Shown here: positions 12,357 to 26,917 of the stretch, in pieces
Position numbering within the stretch: the stretch's first letter is position 1
Layout: every line of letters starts with the position of its first letter
NCBI GenBank assembly: GCA_951406725.2
Contig: OX597833.1
Span: forward strand, 15,996,001-16,060,000
Source of the DNA: Octopus vulgaris
Taxonomy: Eukaryota
Length of the DNA stretch: 64,000 nt
Direction: 5' to 3'
The notes under the pieces: model-generated
What the model was told of the DNA's origin: nothing
The model's input: only the letters and a program-made list of their open reading frames with translations
The model's database searches: none
Position numbers and translations under genes: made by a program

Positions 12357-12713
12357 CGTATATTTGCCATTTGAATATGGCTAACCCCTAAGGGTGGATG
12401 CTACTGTAGTTTGTAGCCCCAGGAAGTCACTTCCTCCAGCTGGCTATAGACACACTTTCTGTGCCCTATCAGTATTTGCGAAGGGAAGCCATCCTTCCCG
12501 ACTTCAACTTATGATACACACGGACTCGAGTTTCAGGGTATTGACCCGTCATCGGCGTGTGGCAATCATAGTTGTCGATGAGAATTTGGTTCCTTTATAG
12601 GGCACAGAAAGTGTGTCTATAGCCAGCTGGAGGAGGTGTCTTCCTGGGGCTACAAACTACAGTAGCATCCACCCTTAGGGGTTAGCCATATTCAAATGGC
12701 AAATATACGTCAC
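12353..12713. mobile_element. Inverted-repeat module (117-bp arms) enclosing a hammerhead
   Basis: 12353-12469 is the reverse complement of 12597-12713, with about 2 mismatches. Flanked by (TA)n. Confidence 0.85.
12517..12561 (-). ncRNA. Minimal type I hammerhead, CCGATGA core variant
   Basis: cacacg-CCGATGA-cgggt caat accct-GAAAC-tcga-GTC-cgtgtg. 6-bp stem I, palindromic loop III. Confidence 0.7.
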
Positions 12714-12760
12714 GATGTGTTGCTGCTACTGTTTATAACTCGCTCTGAGATTTGTCATTG

Positions 12761-12810
<50 letters not shown>

Positions 12811-13499
12811 TCACTCTTTCCCTTGCCTCTTGCCTCCCAATTCTTATTTTTCACTTTCGTACATAAAGCGTATCGGCCAAAGTATCAGATTCCCATTTGT
12901 ACCACGCTTCATTGTGGACTTCTTTGTTTTTTTGGCTGTATATTTTTACGCTTTTCATTCACGTACAATCGTTTGTCCCAATCTACGTAGTATTTTTTGT
13001 TTGCTTCCTCTTTGCCTCATATTTTATTCTTGTTATTTGTGCTATGTTTACTTCTATATATATTTGTGTGTGTATGAGAGAGTGAGGGGTACGTGTGCGT
13101 GTACGTGTGCGTGTGCGTGCGTGCGTGTGTGTGTATATGTGTTTGTGTGTATGTGTTAGCGCATGTGTGTAAGTGTATGTGCTGTGTGTGAACGTGTGTT
13201 TAGTTGGTTGGCTGGTTGTCAGTGTGAATTGTAATGCATGTTGATATAGAAAATTTAAATTATAAGCCACCGTGAAAAAAAGTGAACAATTGTGTGCAAA
13301 CGTTTATATTTCTCAGTAAGTAGAAAAAAAAGGAAATTCACATTTCGCTAGTTTCCTGCTGCTTGCATATTCATTGGACAATATTACTTTCATTTTCATG
13401 CCACGTGCATAAATGTCTTTTTTTATACAGATGGAGAGAGAACGAAAAAAAGGGAATGGAAAAACGGTGAGAGTATGTGAGCGGGAAAATGGTACAGAC

Positions 13500-13596
13500 A
13501 CATACATATATACATGAATGCATGCATTCATAAATACATTTGTACATACATAGATAATTCTACATACATACATACATACATACATACATACATTCA

Positions 13597-13632
<36 letters not shown>

Positions 13633-13844
13633 TACATACATACAAGCATGCATGCAAGTATGCATACATACATATATATTACTAAATACATACATATGTG
13701 TATATATATATATACATACAAATACATATACAAACATAATCCTACATACATACATATACACATACATACATATGTACATACATACGTACTTCATACATAC
13801 ACAAATATACATATAGATACTTGGATTCATACATACATACAAGC

Positions 13845-13900
<56 letters not shown>

Positions 13901-14010
13901 ATACATATACAAACATAATCCTACATACATACATATACACATACATACATACGTACTTCATACATACACAAATATACATATAGATACTTGGATTCATACA
14001 TACATACAAT

Positions 14011-14088
<78 letters not shown>

Positions 14089-14200
14089 CATATGTGTAGA
14101 TAATCCTACATACATGTATGCATACATACATGCATACATACATACATCTACATGCATATGTACACTTCAAATTGATGTATATATGTGTGTGCACGTATAT
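13500..14200. repeat. Compound (CATA)n/(TA)n array with an internal duplication of about 180 bp
   Basis: Block cataatcctaca..acgtacttca..gatacttggattc occurs at about 13735 and about 13914. Confidence 0.85.
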
Positions 14201-14851
14201 CACCTGTATATATGAAATCCGTAGCCCCTCTATATCATGCTGTGCCTCTCCGCATATAACATGAATGCATTTGAATAATCGTCGTCCTTCATTTTGATAC
14301 GAAAATCTCTAAAATATAACAGCTATTGTTTAGTATAATACAGCAGCTGTGTCCATGAAAGCTAAACCAGCGTCACATAACCTCTGTTGCTCTACTATAT
14401 TAGAGATGGGTGGAATGATTTCATAAGCACCATCTTCGAACTTTTCTCCAATTGAAACTTGTTCATCTTCAGCTTTGGAAACGATAGAGAACAGAAAACG
14501 ACCTACACATGCCCTGCAGAAGAGAAGGCGTATTGACTTTCAAATACTCGACTGAACAGATGGTGCGAAGCCTGTTAGAAGTTCTTTAAAATTATTCGTT
14601 GCCCGTCAAGATGTCTTTGGTTGTGTGTTTTCGAGTGTATTTGTAAGCATTGAGTGGCGTGCCTCCCGTGGAATACGTTGACAAATGGCTTTCATTCGGA
14701 CTAACGGACTAACTGTCAATTATTGAATGTTCAAATTTGTACATAGATAGATTTATGCAAAAAATTATGTATGCAAAAAATAGCAATATATGCAAAAGTA
14801 TATGTATAAATAAATAGGTAGTTATACAAACAGACAAATATATATCTTCAT

Positions 14852-14907
<56 letters not shown>

Positions 14908-14955
14908 ATAGCTGGATAAATAGATAGATAGATAGACAGACATGCAGACAGACAG

Positions 14956-14991
<36 letters not shown>

Positions 14992-15085
14992 CTTTCTGTC
15001 TGTCCATTCAAAATGTGACCGCGTGTGTACCGTTGGCGATTTTTTTCCCTCCGTCTTCTCTTCTTTGGATCTTTCCTTTTCCTAT

Positions 15086-15120
15086 GTTTCTGACGAAGAG
15101 CTCCACTCGAAACGTTAAAC
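15086..15120 (+). ncRNA. Ultra-minimal hammerhead motif with no loop III, in a PLE-like module (about 14990-15225)
   Basis: gttt-CTGACGA-a gag ctcca ctc-GAAAC-GTT-aaac. Confidence 0.6.
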
Positions 15121-15219
15121 CCTCCTTCATTTCTTCTTTCCTGAGCGTCCAATAATACTATATTTGTTCCACGTCCTCGCGTTGTTGTGTTTTCTCTTTG
15201 TGTTTTCATGTTTGGACTA

Positions 15220-15255
<36 letters not shown>

Positions 15256-15264
15256 TATATATAA

Positions 15265-15326
<62 letters not shown>

Positions 15327-15418
15327 ATATGATATGATATAATATGATATGATTTGATACCATAAGATAAATTCCAGCAATGCAGGACATGTCTATATAT
15401 CAAATTATGTTTGTGATG

Positions 15419-15467
<49 letters not shown>

Positions 15468-15853
15468 TATAGTTAAATATCCATACATGCGTAGAGATAG
15501 GGACGCACAAGTTTCACAAACACATACGCACACATACATATATACGTGTGTGTGTGCGTGTGTCTGTGCGTGTGTGTGTGTGTGTGAGTTCAAATGTATG
15601 TGTTCACACATGTATGCTGTGTCCAATGTCCGTTAATAGCTTATAATTACGTATTCATACGTGCGTATATTAATATGACTTTTTTTTTTATAATAGTGCA
15701 AAATATAGCATTAGAATAATTATAACGCATTTATCATATCACACCTTCTGGCTACAATTTATGTAGATATCAAGCTGTAATTTCGACCAATCTTCTTGCT
15801 AACTGTCATCATGTGTGCATACGCACATACATATAATGTACATACACACACAC

Positions 15854-16350
<497 letters not shown>

Positions 16351-16940
16351 TTAAGTATGTCTGATTGTATGGTTATTATGAATATTTGTGGATATACACG
16401 CTTGATATCAGAAATACCTTTAGGAGAAAACCAGCACGACTGTCTATAAGCTCGGGTGTAAGTAAATAGTTGAGAAGTTTGTAAATGGCATCAGAAGTTT
16501 TTATTGCGAATGCAGAGTAGAAATGAAAGAATGTACAGTAGCAGTAAAATGGAAAGTTTTCACACATACGTACAAAAAGTAGGATGCAGTACCTTTAGGA
16601 AAAATATTATGTTTGGTAGGACAAAAAGAAAAGAAATGAAAATATCACACCAAGGAAAAAATACAGAATTTTGATGATGGTAAATATCAAGCGTAATTAC
16701 GAGGAATAATTGTAATGGATGAAGTTTAAGAAAAGTGCATATTGAGGCAAAAATGTATTTTTGGGAAGTATATGTCCAGGAAGACAAAGATAATTAGTAA
16801 AGCCGAAATATATTTAATATCCTAGTAAGAAAGAATCAGGGTTTCAAATTTCAGTACAAGGCCAGCCTTTTTCAGGAGAAGGGACAAGTCGATTACGTCG
16901 ACACCAGGCCTTGGTAGGTGTTCACACAGGGCATAAGTGT

Positions 16941-16992
<52 letters not shown>

Positions 16993-17146
16993 TAAATAAA
17001 TGGTACAACGAAGCACCGATATCTACTGGAAAATAGCGAACGTAATAAATGCGACGCTAATGTATAGCTTCACTGCGTATGTACTAGTAAAGTACCATTT
17101 ATTTACTTTTATGTATAATTTTACCCTCACGGGCAATACTATTTTC

Positions 17147-17177
<31 letters not shown>

Positions 17178-17178
17178 C

Positions 17179-17211
<33 letters not shown>

Positions 17212-17224
17212 TCTATGTATGTAT

Positions 17225-17418
17225 ACTCTTTTAGTTGTTTCAGTCATTTGACAGTAGCCATGCTGGAGCACCGCCTTTAGTCGATCAAATCGACCCCGGC
17301 ACTTATTCTTTGTAAGCCTAGTACTTATTCTATCGGTCTCTTTTGCCGAACCGCTAAGTGACGAGGACGTAAACACACAAGCATCGGTTGTCAAGCGATG
17401 CTAGGGGGACAAACACAG

Positions 17419-17450
<32 letters not shown>

Positions 17451-17628
17451 GTATATACATATATACGACAGGCTTCTTTCATTTTCCGCCTACCAAATCC
17501 ACTCACAAGGCATTGGTCGGCCCGGGGCTATAGCAGAAGACACTTGCCCAAGATGCCACGCAGTGGGACTGAACCCGCAACCATGTGGTTGGTTAGCAAG
17601 CTACTTACCACACAGCCACTCCTGCGCC
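17225..17628 (-). mobile_element. Full-length group B SINE
   Basis: Close reverse-complement match to 28168-28612 and 58083-58480. Confidence 0.9.
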
Positions 17629-18404
17629 TATTTAATTCACTTAGTCGTTACAAAAATTATAATGATCACCTTATAGCTATAACTGATACTGTTTATCACG
17701 ATTCTTCTAGTTTTTGTCTTTTATTTTCAACAGTTTTCTAAAACTTTTACTTGGAATTATATCTACTGCTAAATCAGTCACTATGAAGGCTGTTGATTTA
17801 CATCAAGCTTACCATCATTTTGTCTTGACTTTTTTTGCATTTATTCTTTATCTCTATAAGTCTCGAATTTCTTTTGTATAAGTTATGTCTGTCACAATTT
17901 ATCTGGAGTGGGAATTCTATCTTTCTTTAATCATGTTTTAAATCTTGCTTTGATAGTTGAAACCTCCACCGCTCTTACAACGCCGAGGTATTGCTTCTTT
18001 ACATCTAGTCTATGAATACTTACACAGTCGTTGTTTTATCGAACGTTCTTCTCTTGTACATCATTTTATGACCAAAAGTTGAGTGAATCCATTCTGAAAA
18101 TTCTCATCTTTTCACTGTTGTTGTTCCCTCCAACAAGAAGTGTTTCCACTAAGGCAGTTTCGTTTACGGAACTCCTTTCTTTATTCTTTCCTACACACAT
18201 GCGATATAAACAGTTTTAATTCATATATTATTCCTTTTTGGGATATTTGGGATATTTGGAATATTCACATTAGATAGCTTTGGCTTTCTTTAATAAACCT
18301 CAAATATAAATGGTTGCTCTTTAATTACTCTTTACATATATATTTATATATATATACATATATATATACATATATATACATATATATATACATATATATA
18401 TGTG

Positions 18405-18449
<45 letters not shown>

Positions 18450-18450
18450 G

Positions 18451-18534
<84 letters not shown>

Positions 18535-18549
18535 TTATATATATATATA

Positions 18550-19630
18550 CAGGGATGGTCATAAGTCGCTTTACCCATTTCTAATAATGATAAACACAAA
18601 CATGGTAACAGTTACATCCTATCTTCGAACTAAATCTTATCTACTAACAGAATAATATTTCTGCTATTTTTAACTATTACGTTTGTGCTACTTTTCCAAT
18701 CACAGGTTTTATCATCGTTAAGCTAGCTTTTCTTACGTCATTCTGTTCATGATTGTTGCTTACATTGGTATTGTGCGATAATTAATTCTTCAGAGCTGGC
18801 AGAAACGTTAGCACGCCGGGCGAAATGCGTAGCCGTATTTCGTCTGTCGTTACATTCTGAGTTCAAATTCCGCCGAGGTCGACTTTGCCTTTCATCCTTT
18901 CGGGGTCGATAAATTAAGTACCAGTTTCGCACTGGGTTCGATGTAATCGACTTAATCCCTTTGTCTGTCTTTGTTTATCCCCTCTGTGTTTAGATAATAT
19001 ATTCTTCAGATAATATATCCCCTCTGTGTTTAGATAATATATTCTTCAGCAACGAATTTTCGTAGTAGAGCAGTGGTTGAAACATGATAAAAATTCAACG
19101 GTTACAACTGTAGCATTAAGCACAATAGTTTCCTAATGGCATTATTCCATCATGATAATCAATGCATGCTTTGGCTAAGAAGTTTCACGAGACTGGTTCC
19201 GTAACCGTCAAGAAAAAAAGGGGGCGACCGAAGAATGTGAATACCGATGAAAATTGTTTTTTAAATGTTAGGACAGTCTATCAGAATACGCCATCAACAT
19301 CTGCAGTCCGTAGAAGTTTGAAGTTGCATGTACCACGCACAAGTTTACAGAGAATAATGAAAGACATTCAATTGAAAATTAGGCGACCTCGTTTGCTCCA
19401 TCAAATAACTGATGACGATTATGAATAGACGTGTAGAATTTTGTGAATGGCTACAACAACAACTGCCCGAGGACGTTGACATCAGGGACAGAATAATTTG
19501 GACCGACGGAGCTTCATTTAAGTTGAATGGTCGTTTTAATTTACACAATGCTGTGTACTAATTCACTGAGAACGCTCGTCATGTATGCGAGACCAACAAC
19601 CTTTCCCAAGGAATTTGTGTGTAGAGTCCC
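18550..19630 (+). mobile_element. Decayed Tc1/mariner-superfamily transposon
   Basis: TA|CAGGGATGG 5' end. QRIFVVEQW..KKFHETGSV..RGRPK..; then RRVEFCEW..IIWTDGASFKLNGRFNLHNAVY (first catalytic D region). Contains frameshifts and stops. Confidence 0.8.
18793..18995 (+). mobile_element. Group C SINE nested in the transposon
   Basis: agctggcagaaacgttagc..gagttcaaattcc..cctctgtgtttag. Confidence 0.85.
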
Positions 19631-19652
19631 TACTTCCTTGATAGAATGGTCA

Positions 19653-19750
19653 CAAGACTGCATGGAATACGAGACTGCATGGAATACGAGACTGTATGGA
19701 ATGCGAGTACTTGGAGATTGTATGGAATGCAAGATTGTATGGAATACGAT
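19653..19750 (+). repeat. Short 17-bp tandem repeat, about 5 units
   Basis: agactg(c/t)atggaata/gcg reiterated. Confidence 0.75.
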
Positions 19751-19759
19751 AGGGTAATA

Positions 19760-19985
19760 TAAAAGTGATACCAGTGGTGATCGGAATGATGAGCTCAACC
19801 CCATTGAAACTTCAAGACTTCTTAAGGCAACTGGAAATCCCATGCAAGATTGATGCCTTGCAAAAAGCATACTTATTGGGCACAGTCCACATCTTAAGGA
19901 AAGATTTATCTGTCTGCGGTCCTTGTTGTGACTTGACAGACGACGTAAGACTCCGGTGCATTTTTACTTACACTGTGTTACGAAG

Positions 19986-20052
<67 letters not shown>
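19760..20052 (+). mobile_element. R4/Dong-like LINE extreme 3' fragment with (AAT)n tail
   Basis: IPVVIG..LQKAYLLGTVHILRK is the C-terminus of the restriction-like endonuclease, followed by (AAT)n. Confidence 0.75.
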
Positions 20053-20054
<2 letters not shown>

Positions 20055-20056
20055 AT

Positions 20057-20292
20057 ATTTCTTTACTACCCACAAGGGGATAAACAAGGACAGACAAGGA
20101 CAAACAAGGACAGACAAACGGATTAAGTCGATTACATCGACCTCAGCGCGTAACTGGTACTTAATTTATCGACCCCGAAAGGATGAAAGGCAAAGTCGAC
20201 CTCGGCGGAATTTGAACTCAGAACGTAATGCCAGACGAAATACGGCTACGAATTTCGCCCGGCGTGCTAACGTTTATGCCAGCTCGCCGCCT
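20057..20292 (-). mobile_element. Group C SINE
   Basis: Matches the group C consensus seen in the window. Confidence 0.85.
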
Positions 20293-20846
20293 TAATAATA
20301 ATGATAATAATAATAACGACGACGACGACGACGACGACTATGATGATAATGAAGATGATGACGACTACGATGATGATGATGACTTATTGAAGCTCTGTTA
20401 CATATAGACATATGTTCGAAATCATTAATATGTACAGTGGTACATATCTTCTGATAAGATACTTTGGTCGAACGAAGGGCAAGCCTATTCAACGTCACTG
20501 TAGATATTAACATCAAATGTATTACATCGAAACGAGATTTATTGCCCGAATAATTAAAAAGTTATTAAGCCCCTTTCTAGTCCTTAAAACAATACAGTTA
20601 CGAGGTAGCGTGATATCATATGATATGATTAATTCTCTCGAAAACTTTGGCAAAGTCCAGGGAAACAAGTGTAGTTTCCAGTGATTGAATACCTGCTTCA
20701 ATATCCAGTAGTAATTTGTAATGTTACAGTACAGATGCATGAAACAGCTTCTATCCAGGACATAAATCATGTAGAATTTCTCCGTTTTTTTTCTCTGATA
20801 TTCCAATCCATTACTTACATGTGATCTGTTACATGATGTAAAGAGA

Positions 20847-20895
<49 letters not shown>

Positions 20896-20961
20896 TGCAT
20901 GTATGTATGTATGTATGTATGCACACACGTGGATAGGTATACATAGATACATATATGTTTG

Positions 20962-21045
<84 letters not shown>

Positions 21046-21132
21046 GTATTTATGTAGTTATGTATGTACATGTATACGCATGTGGAAAGAGACAGGGAGA
21101 GGTGAGCGAGTGGAGAGAGAACAAGGTAGATG

Positions 21133-21274
<142 letters not shown>

Positions 21275-21282
21275 GATAGATT

Positions 21283-21333
<51 letters not shown>

Positions 21334-22164
21334 TCATTAGTCAGTCAGTCATTCATTGGTCGATCGATCGATGATCGATTGATTGAATGATTGATAGACA
21401 AAAGGCAGAAAGAACCTGAACGCGAAATGCATAAATACATACACACACGCACACATACACACACACATACATACATACATACCTACATCCATACATACAT
21501 CCGTAAATACATACATACATAATACATTCGTGCATACGTACACACAAAAATGCACAAAGAAACACGTACAAACTTAATTAAAGGTATGAATACTAAACCG
21601 AAATCAAATGCTTTTCAAAGCACGTTACCATATGAAGATTAACAACTAAATTATCGGGTATATATTTGCACGTGAAAATTACGATTCATCTCAGGTGCAG
21701 TAAACTATGAAAGATCATATATCACTTCATCATTTCCAACGTCACTGGATATTTAAAATATTGCATGGTACAATAATATTATAGGAATAAACTAGCAATG
21801 TCATATGAAACTAGGGCTAAAATTACTGCTTTGCGTGTCAAAGGACTTGAATCCGGAAAACTTTGCTTCAGTCTTGCTGAATGGGTGAACATATTCAAGA
21901 TCAGACAGATTTTGTGCCACCATTCTTGCAGTCTGCAAGATGTTTGTAATACTATACATCTTTGCGTTGCATTAATATTCTTTTCTATTCTTGGCACAAG
22001 GCCCGAAATTTTGGGAGAGGGTGCCAGTCGATTCGATCGTCTCCAGTACGCAATTGGTACTTAATTTATCGACCCCGAAACAATGAAAGGTACAGTCGAC
22101 CTCTGTGGAATTTTAACTGTGAACGTAAAGACATACGAAATACAGTCTTATTTTTTATTTCTTA

Positions 22165-22788
22165 TTTTTTGAGCTTCTTTAGCTTCGGAAACAAGTCCGG
22201 GGAGTTTGAAACCTGACAAACAAGTGGTGTGCTTTGCTTGATGAGGAATGCTTAGACGACGTGGCCGGAGTGAAATGCCTGAGTTGACTCCTGGCTGATT
22301 CCCACTTCGGCAACAATCTCCTCAATAGTTACATGGTTGTCTTTATAGACTGTTCCTCAAACCTTTGCAATCATTTCGTCGTTTCCGGTAGTCGATGGTC
22401 TGCCACAACAAAGGTGCGGCCATCTTTGAACTGGTTATACCACCCCTTTTCTGTGTTTTTTCCATGGCATCATCTCCAAAAGCCTTCTGAATCTTCTCGA
22501 TTTTCTGGGTTTGCATATCACCAAGTTTTGGGCAGAATTTAATACAGTATCTTTACTTAATGCGCTCGATTATCTTAACTCAAAAAGAAAAATCGCACAG
22601 TACACGCTTCCCGTCTGTACTCTGTACTCAACCCGTCATTACGGGCGAATGGCGCAACCTACAGACACGAAATTTTTGCGCATGCTCATGAAAGACGCAT
22701 CCACCTAAACCCAAGCGGATTTTGCTCACGTATTATTATTTTGTGTAAAAAAAAATCAAGGTCGGATAATTTTTGACTACACCTCGTA
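22165..22788 (-). mobile_element. Internally deleted mariner element
   Basis: Reverse strand starts TA|CGAGGTGTAGTCAAAAATTATCCG (mariner-type TIR). Fragments WYNQFKDGRT..TIEEIVAEVGIS..SPDLFPKLK. Confidence 0.75.
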
Positions 22789-23289
22789 TATGTAGTTGCC
22801 GTTATAAGAATTCAGCAAGTTCGAGAGAACTTCAAATAAATCATCGTGGAACGGTGAAGCGGTGAAACACTAATCAGATAAATGTAGGAATAACAGCGTG
22901 GAGAGAAAACAGCTGCACTTGGAACTTGATCCCGTGAGATATTTCATGTGTGTGTGCGTGTGTGTGAGAGACAGATGCAGAGAGAGAGAAAGAGAGGGTG
23001 TGTGTGTGTGTGTGTATGTGTGTTTGTGTGCGTAAGTTTGGATTGTTAATATATAAATATCCATTTATCACTACATGAATAATTATCGTTTTATTTTGTC
23101 TCTATTTACATGTATATATGAATACATATATAAATTCACACACAAACATATCTCTCTCTTTTACTCTTTTACCTGTTTCAGTCATTTGATTGCGGCCATG
23201 CTGGAGCACCGCCTTTTAGTCGAGCAAATCAACCCTACGGCTTATTCTTTGTATGCCTAGTACTTATTCTATATATATATATATATATT

Positions 23290-23460
23290 TTCTATTTCCA
23301 ATTTTCTCTCTCTGTTCATTTCTGAGTTCCTGTCTGTCGAAGAGCATAGGCTCGAAACGTAAAAGACTTTCTCACTTCTCGAGCGTTAAACTAATACATC
23401 TGTTTGTTGTTTACACACCCGTCTTCGTCTCTTGTTTTGTTTCTTTGTAAATTCTCACCA
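23290..23460 (+). mobile_element. PLE-like module with variant hammerhead (23334-23365)
   Basis: CTGTCGA-a gagc atag gctc-GAAAC-GTA-aaag. Same layout as 15086. Lies between TA-rich tracts. Confidence 0.5.
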
Positions 23461-23488
23461 TATATATCTATATCTATCTATCTATCTA

Positions 23489-23532
<44 letters not shown>

Positions 23533-23810
23533 GTCTGCAAGGGCTCCGAGATGTGAAACTAAGGGAATTATTGCAGCTCAGCCAGGTAAGGATACCAAAA
23601 AGGAACGCATCATTAGCTCTCTCGCTGCTGCCTAAATTATTTATGCATTCTACCAAAGACACTTCTGTTCGGAGAGGGAAATAAGCTGCCAACTGCTCAC
23701 TGTGACTCAACAACACCAAAACAAAAAAGATTGTTGTTTAGCCCTGGGTCAAAAACTCACGCGCGCCTATTAAGAAAAGCTTATGCTATGCGCATCTTGT
23801 TAATGCTTGA

Positions 23811-24117
23811 TTGTTTGTTCCTTCTCGTGCCACACCTGGCTCATAAGGGCTGGTTTCCCGGTTTCCTTGGCGTATAGGTTCCCCACCTGGACGGGACGCC
23901 AGTCCATCGCAGTTGAGCTGCAAGATGCAGGAGATAAGAGAAAGAGAGAAAGTTGTGGCGAAAGAGTCAGCAGAAGTTCGTCATTACCTTCTGCCCGAGC
24001 TAAGTGGAGCTTAGGTATTTACGCTCATAAACACACACATCGCCCGGTCTGAGATTCGGACCCGCGATTCCTCGACCGTGAGTCCGCTGCGTTAACCACT
24101 AGGTCGTGTGTCTCCAC
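23811..24117 (-). mobile_element. Group A1 SINE
   Basis: Homologous to 957-1260. TSD gttaatgcttgat. Confidence 0.85.
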
Positions 24118-25377
24118 GTTAATGCTTGATGGGGCAGGTTGTATCTGAGACAACATTCGCTAAAAGGAACCAGATACAAAAAAAAAACGAAAATAAAAAC
24201 GGAAAGCAAAACCTGAAAACGAGGCAATTCATTTTATGATGCAAGGAAAAGATAGAAAGAAACAAAAGTGAAATCAAAGATTGGAGTTGTGACTGATTCT
24301 CAAAAAAAATAATAGAGAGAAAAAACAGAGAAGAAAGAAGTGTGCAAAATCAATTTTACTGAAGACGTTAATCATTGAATTACTTCTTATCTTTAAGACG
24401 GCGAAGTATGATTTGTGAGAGTTTGTTTTGTTATACCTTGCAGATCCATCAACGTATGTTCACAGTTGGAAGGTTGGTGATATTAATGATGGTGGCTATT
24501 GTGGCGTCGGCAGCGATGTCGCCATTAGTGTCGGTTGGGTTGCTGGGATGGCGGAAGTGAAAATTACGCCATGATCGTTTATAGTAACTTTGTTGATGGA
24601 TGTTGAAGATGGAAGCGGATGATTCCGTCGACGAATTTAGCTACTGCGCTGTAGGAATGTTACTGGCAGTCAATATGACCCATGATTATTGTTCTATCAT
24701 TAATTATCATTTAATTTAATGAAAATGAAATAATTAGTACTCATTAGAGATATTTCTATACAGGATATCATTACTTCACTCTCAAGGCCACGGCTATTGT
24801 TTCTTCTGAACAATAACAGAGGCTGAAAAGACAGTGTAAACTAGTGTGTGTATATGTGTGAATGTGTGTGTGTATGTATGTGTGTTTGTGTGTGTGTGTG
24901 TGTGTGAAGTGTGTGGAAGATGGAAGAGTTCTACTTCACAATTCACGTTTATGGATTTGTAGAGATATTTAAGAGGTAATGAAGTAACTAATAAAGACTA
25001 TGTAATTATAGTATGTGCTTGTGTGCGTATATATGTATGTATATGTGTGAGTGTATCAATGTAGGAATGTATGAATATATCTGTATGAGTGAAGCAGTGT
25101 GTGTATGTGCGTGTATATAAGCCTATACCTACGAAACAGCATGTATGTAAGTGTGGTTCAGAGGTTTGAATCGCAGTTATGGCATCTTCGTTTCAATCCC
25201 ATTGCTTGGAATTTTGTTGCAGTGCATTTTACCGTTAGTCGTTTGGGGAATTACATCAAGCAGATACGGTTGAGTGGTCAAGCTGGCTTTGCAGACACAT
25301 ACTTTTCGAGTACAGTTCTTCCTAGAACGTCTGGAAATATCGCGGTTAAAATTCATGCCACCATGAAACCAGTATGT

Positions 25378-25595
25378 ATTTTACTACCCACAAGGGGCTA
25401 AACACAGAGGGGACAAACAAGGACAGACAAACTGATTAAGTCGATTATATCGACCCCAGTGCGTAACTGGTACTTAATTTATCGACCCCGAAAGGATGAA
25501 AGGCAAAGTCGACCTCGGCGGAATTTGACCCCAGAACGTAGCGGCAGACGAAATACGGCTATAGTTTTCGCCCGGCGTGCTAACGTTTCTGCCAG
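25378..25595 (-). mobile_element. Group C SINE
   Basis: Consensus match. Confidence 0.85.
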
Positions 25596-25640
25596 GTTAA
25601 TCATTAAATATTTATATGTGTATGCGTGTATATATTTATA

Positions 25641-26058
25641 CGAGCAAAATGACCCCCGTCCAATGGGCGGTGCTGAGTTGTCAAAAATTTAAACCAAATT
25701 TTCTCAAAACAACTTGTCTGACCGACCCATAGGCCTCCCCTTTGAGAAACGCTGATTTAACCTAAATTTGAGACACCAAACAGGCTGACTTTTGGGGCGC
25801 AAACTGCACGTGCATTTTCTCGCGTACGCGTAGTATCGATCGCAACAGCTGATGTACTTGCGCGTACAAATGCACGTTCCCACGGTATTTAGGAATGGAA
25901 TTCTCACCTGGAATCGATTTTTGTAATTTTTCCAAGACTTATACACGCCCTAATACCGTCGGTATCTACATATCAAATTTGAGCGCAATCGGATGGAGGA
26001 TGCCCGAGATCCTAGAAGACACACACACAGACAGACAGAACGAATTTTATATAATAGA
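25641..26058 (-). mobile_element. Second non-autonomous Helitron-like family
   Basis: Reverse strand starts TCTATTATATAAAATTCG..ctgtctgt and ends in hairpin cgcccattggacg followed by ..CTCG|T. Confidence 0.6.
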
Positions 26059-26149
26059 TATGTGTGAGTATGTGTGAAATCATGTAACCAAGTGGTTATG
26101 ATGTCGGAATCACTGCCACATCGTATCTTTGTTTTTTTGTACCAGGCGT

Positions 26150-26850
26150 ATAAACGCCAAGCGTCATTGTAAATTTACACAACCTCACATCGAGTTTTAT
26201 TCATTTTACACTTAACTTCCAAAGGACCTGCTCATCAACACCCTTTTGTTTGGCAAGGTATATTTCCATGATTATATAATATATCAATACTAGAATATTC
26301 TTACTATTCTGCTCATACTTTTTATTAGAGGAGAAAAGCAGAGATGAAAGCTTTGATTTTTTTCGTGAGGAAATATGACAGTGATGAAACCGCCATTTTA
26401 ACTGATTATTTTATAATAAATAGCCTCATCCTCAACAGAGATATAAAGGATACAGACATAGAATAATAGAGAAATTTTCCAAAAGACGAGTACGTAAATA
26501 AGAATTTCGCTAAAATATTTAAGCAGTATAATCTAAAAGTCACTGTTAACATCAGTCTTAAAATAGTCCATTGACTGGAAATCACCATGAATATTAATGC
26601 AGGTTAATACCACTAGTTCTATAAATTTAAGTAAGAATTTTATATAAAATTAGCTCAAACCATCCGTTATTGATTATGGTGAAATCATCAATAGAAGGGT
26701 TAGTTCTTGCTAGTCTACCGATGAAATCGTTATAGTAGGGTGGCCCCGCTTTAAGATGATGCACTAATGTGGTTTGATTCCAAAGATAATATTCCTTTGA
26801 ACAGACAACATTTAAAAGATGTAGATCTAGGAACATGAATATGTAACTAG
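26150..26850 (+). mobile_element. Highly decayed Penelope-like reverse transcriptase
   Basis: Fragments KDLLINTLLFGK, KIFKQYNLKVTVNISLKIVH*LEITMNINAG*Y and SNHP resemble the PLE RT palm/thumb region. Confidence 0.5.
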
Positions 26851-26917
26851 ACAATTTGAATTAGCTACATATGTAACTAGGTAAATTCTCACCTTAATCG
26901 AAACCGTTTTACCACCT

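Noticed and set aside
25459-25692. Recurring ORF MRNWYLIYRPRKDERQSRPRRNL in many copies
   Set aside because: Antisense reading of the group C SINE, not a gene family.
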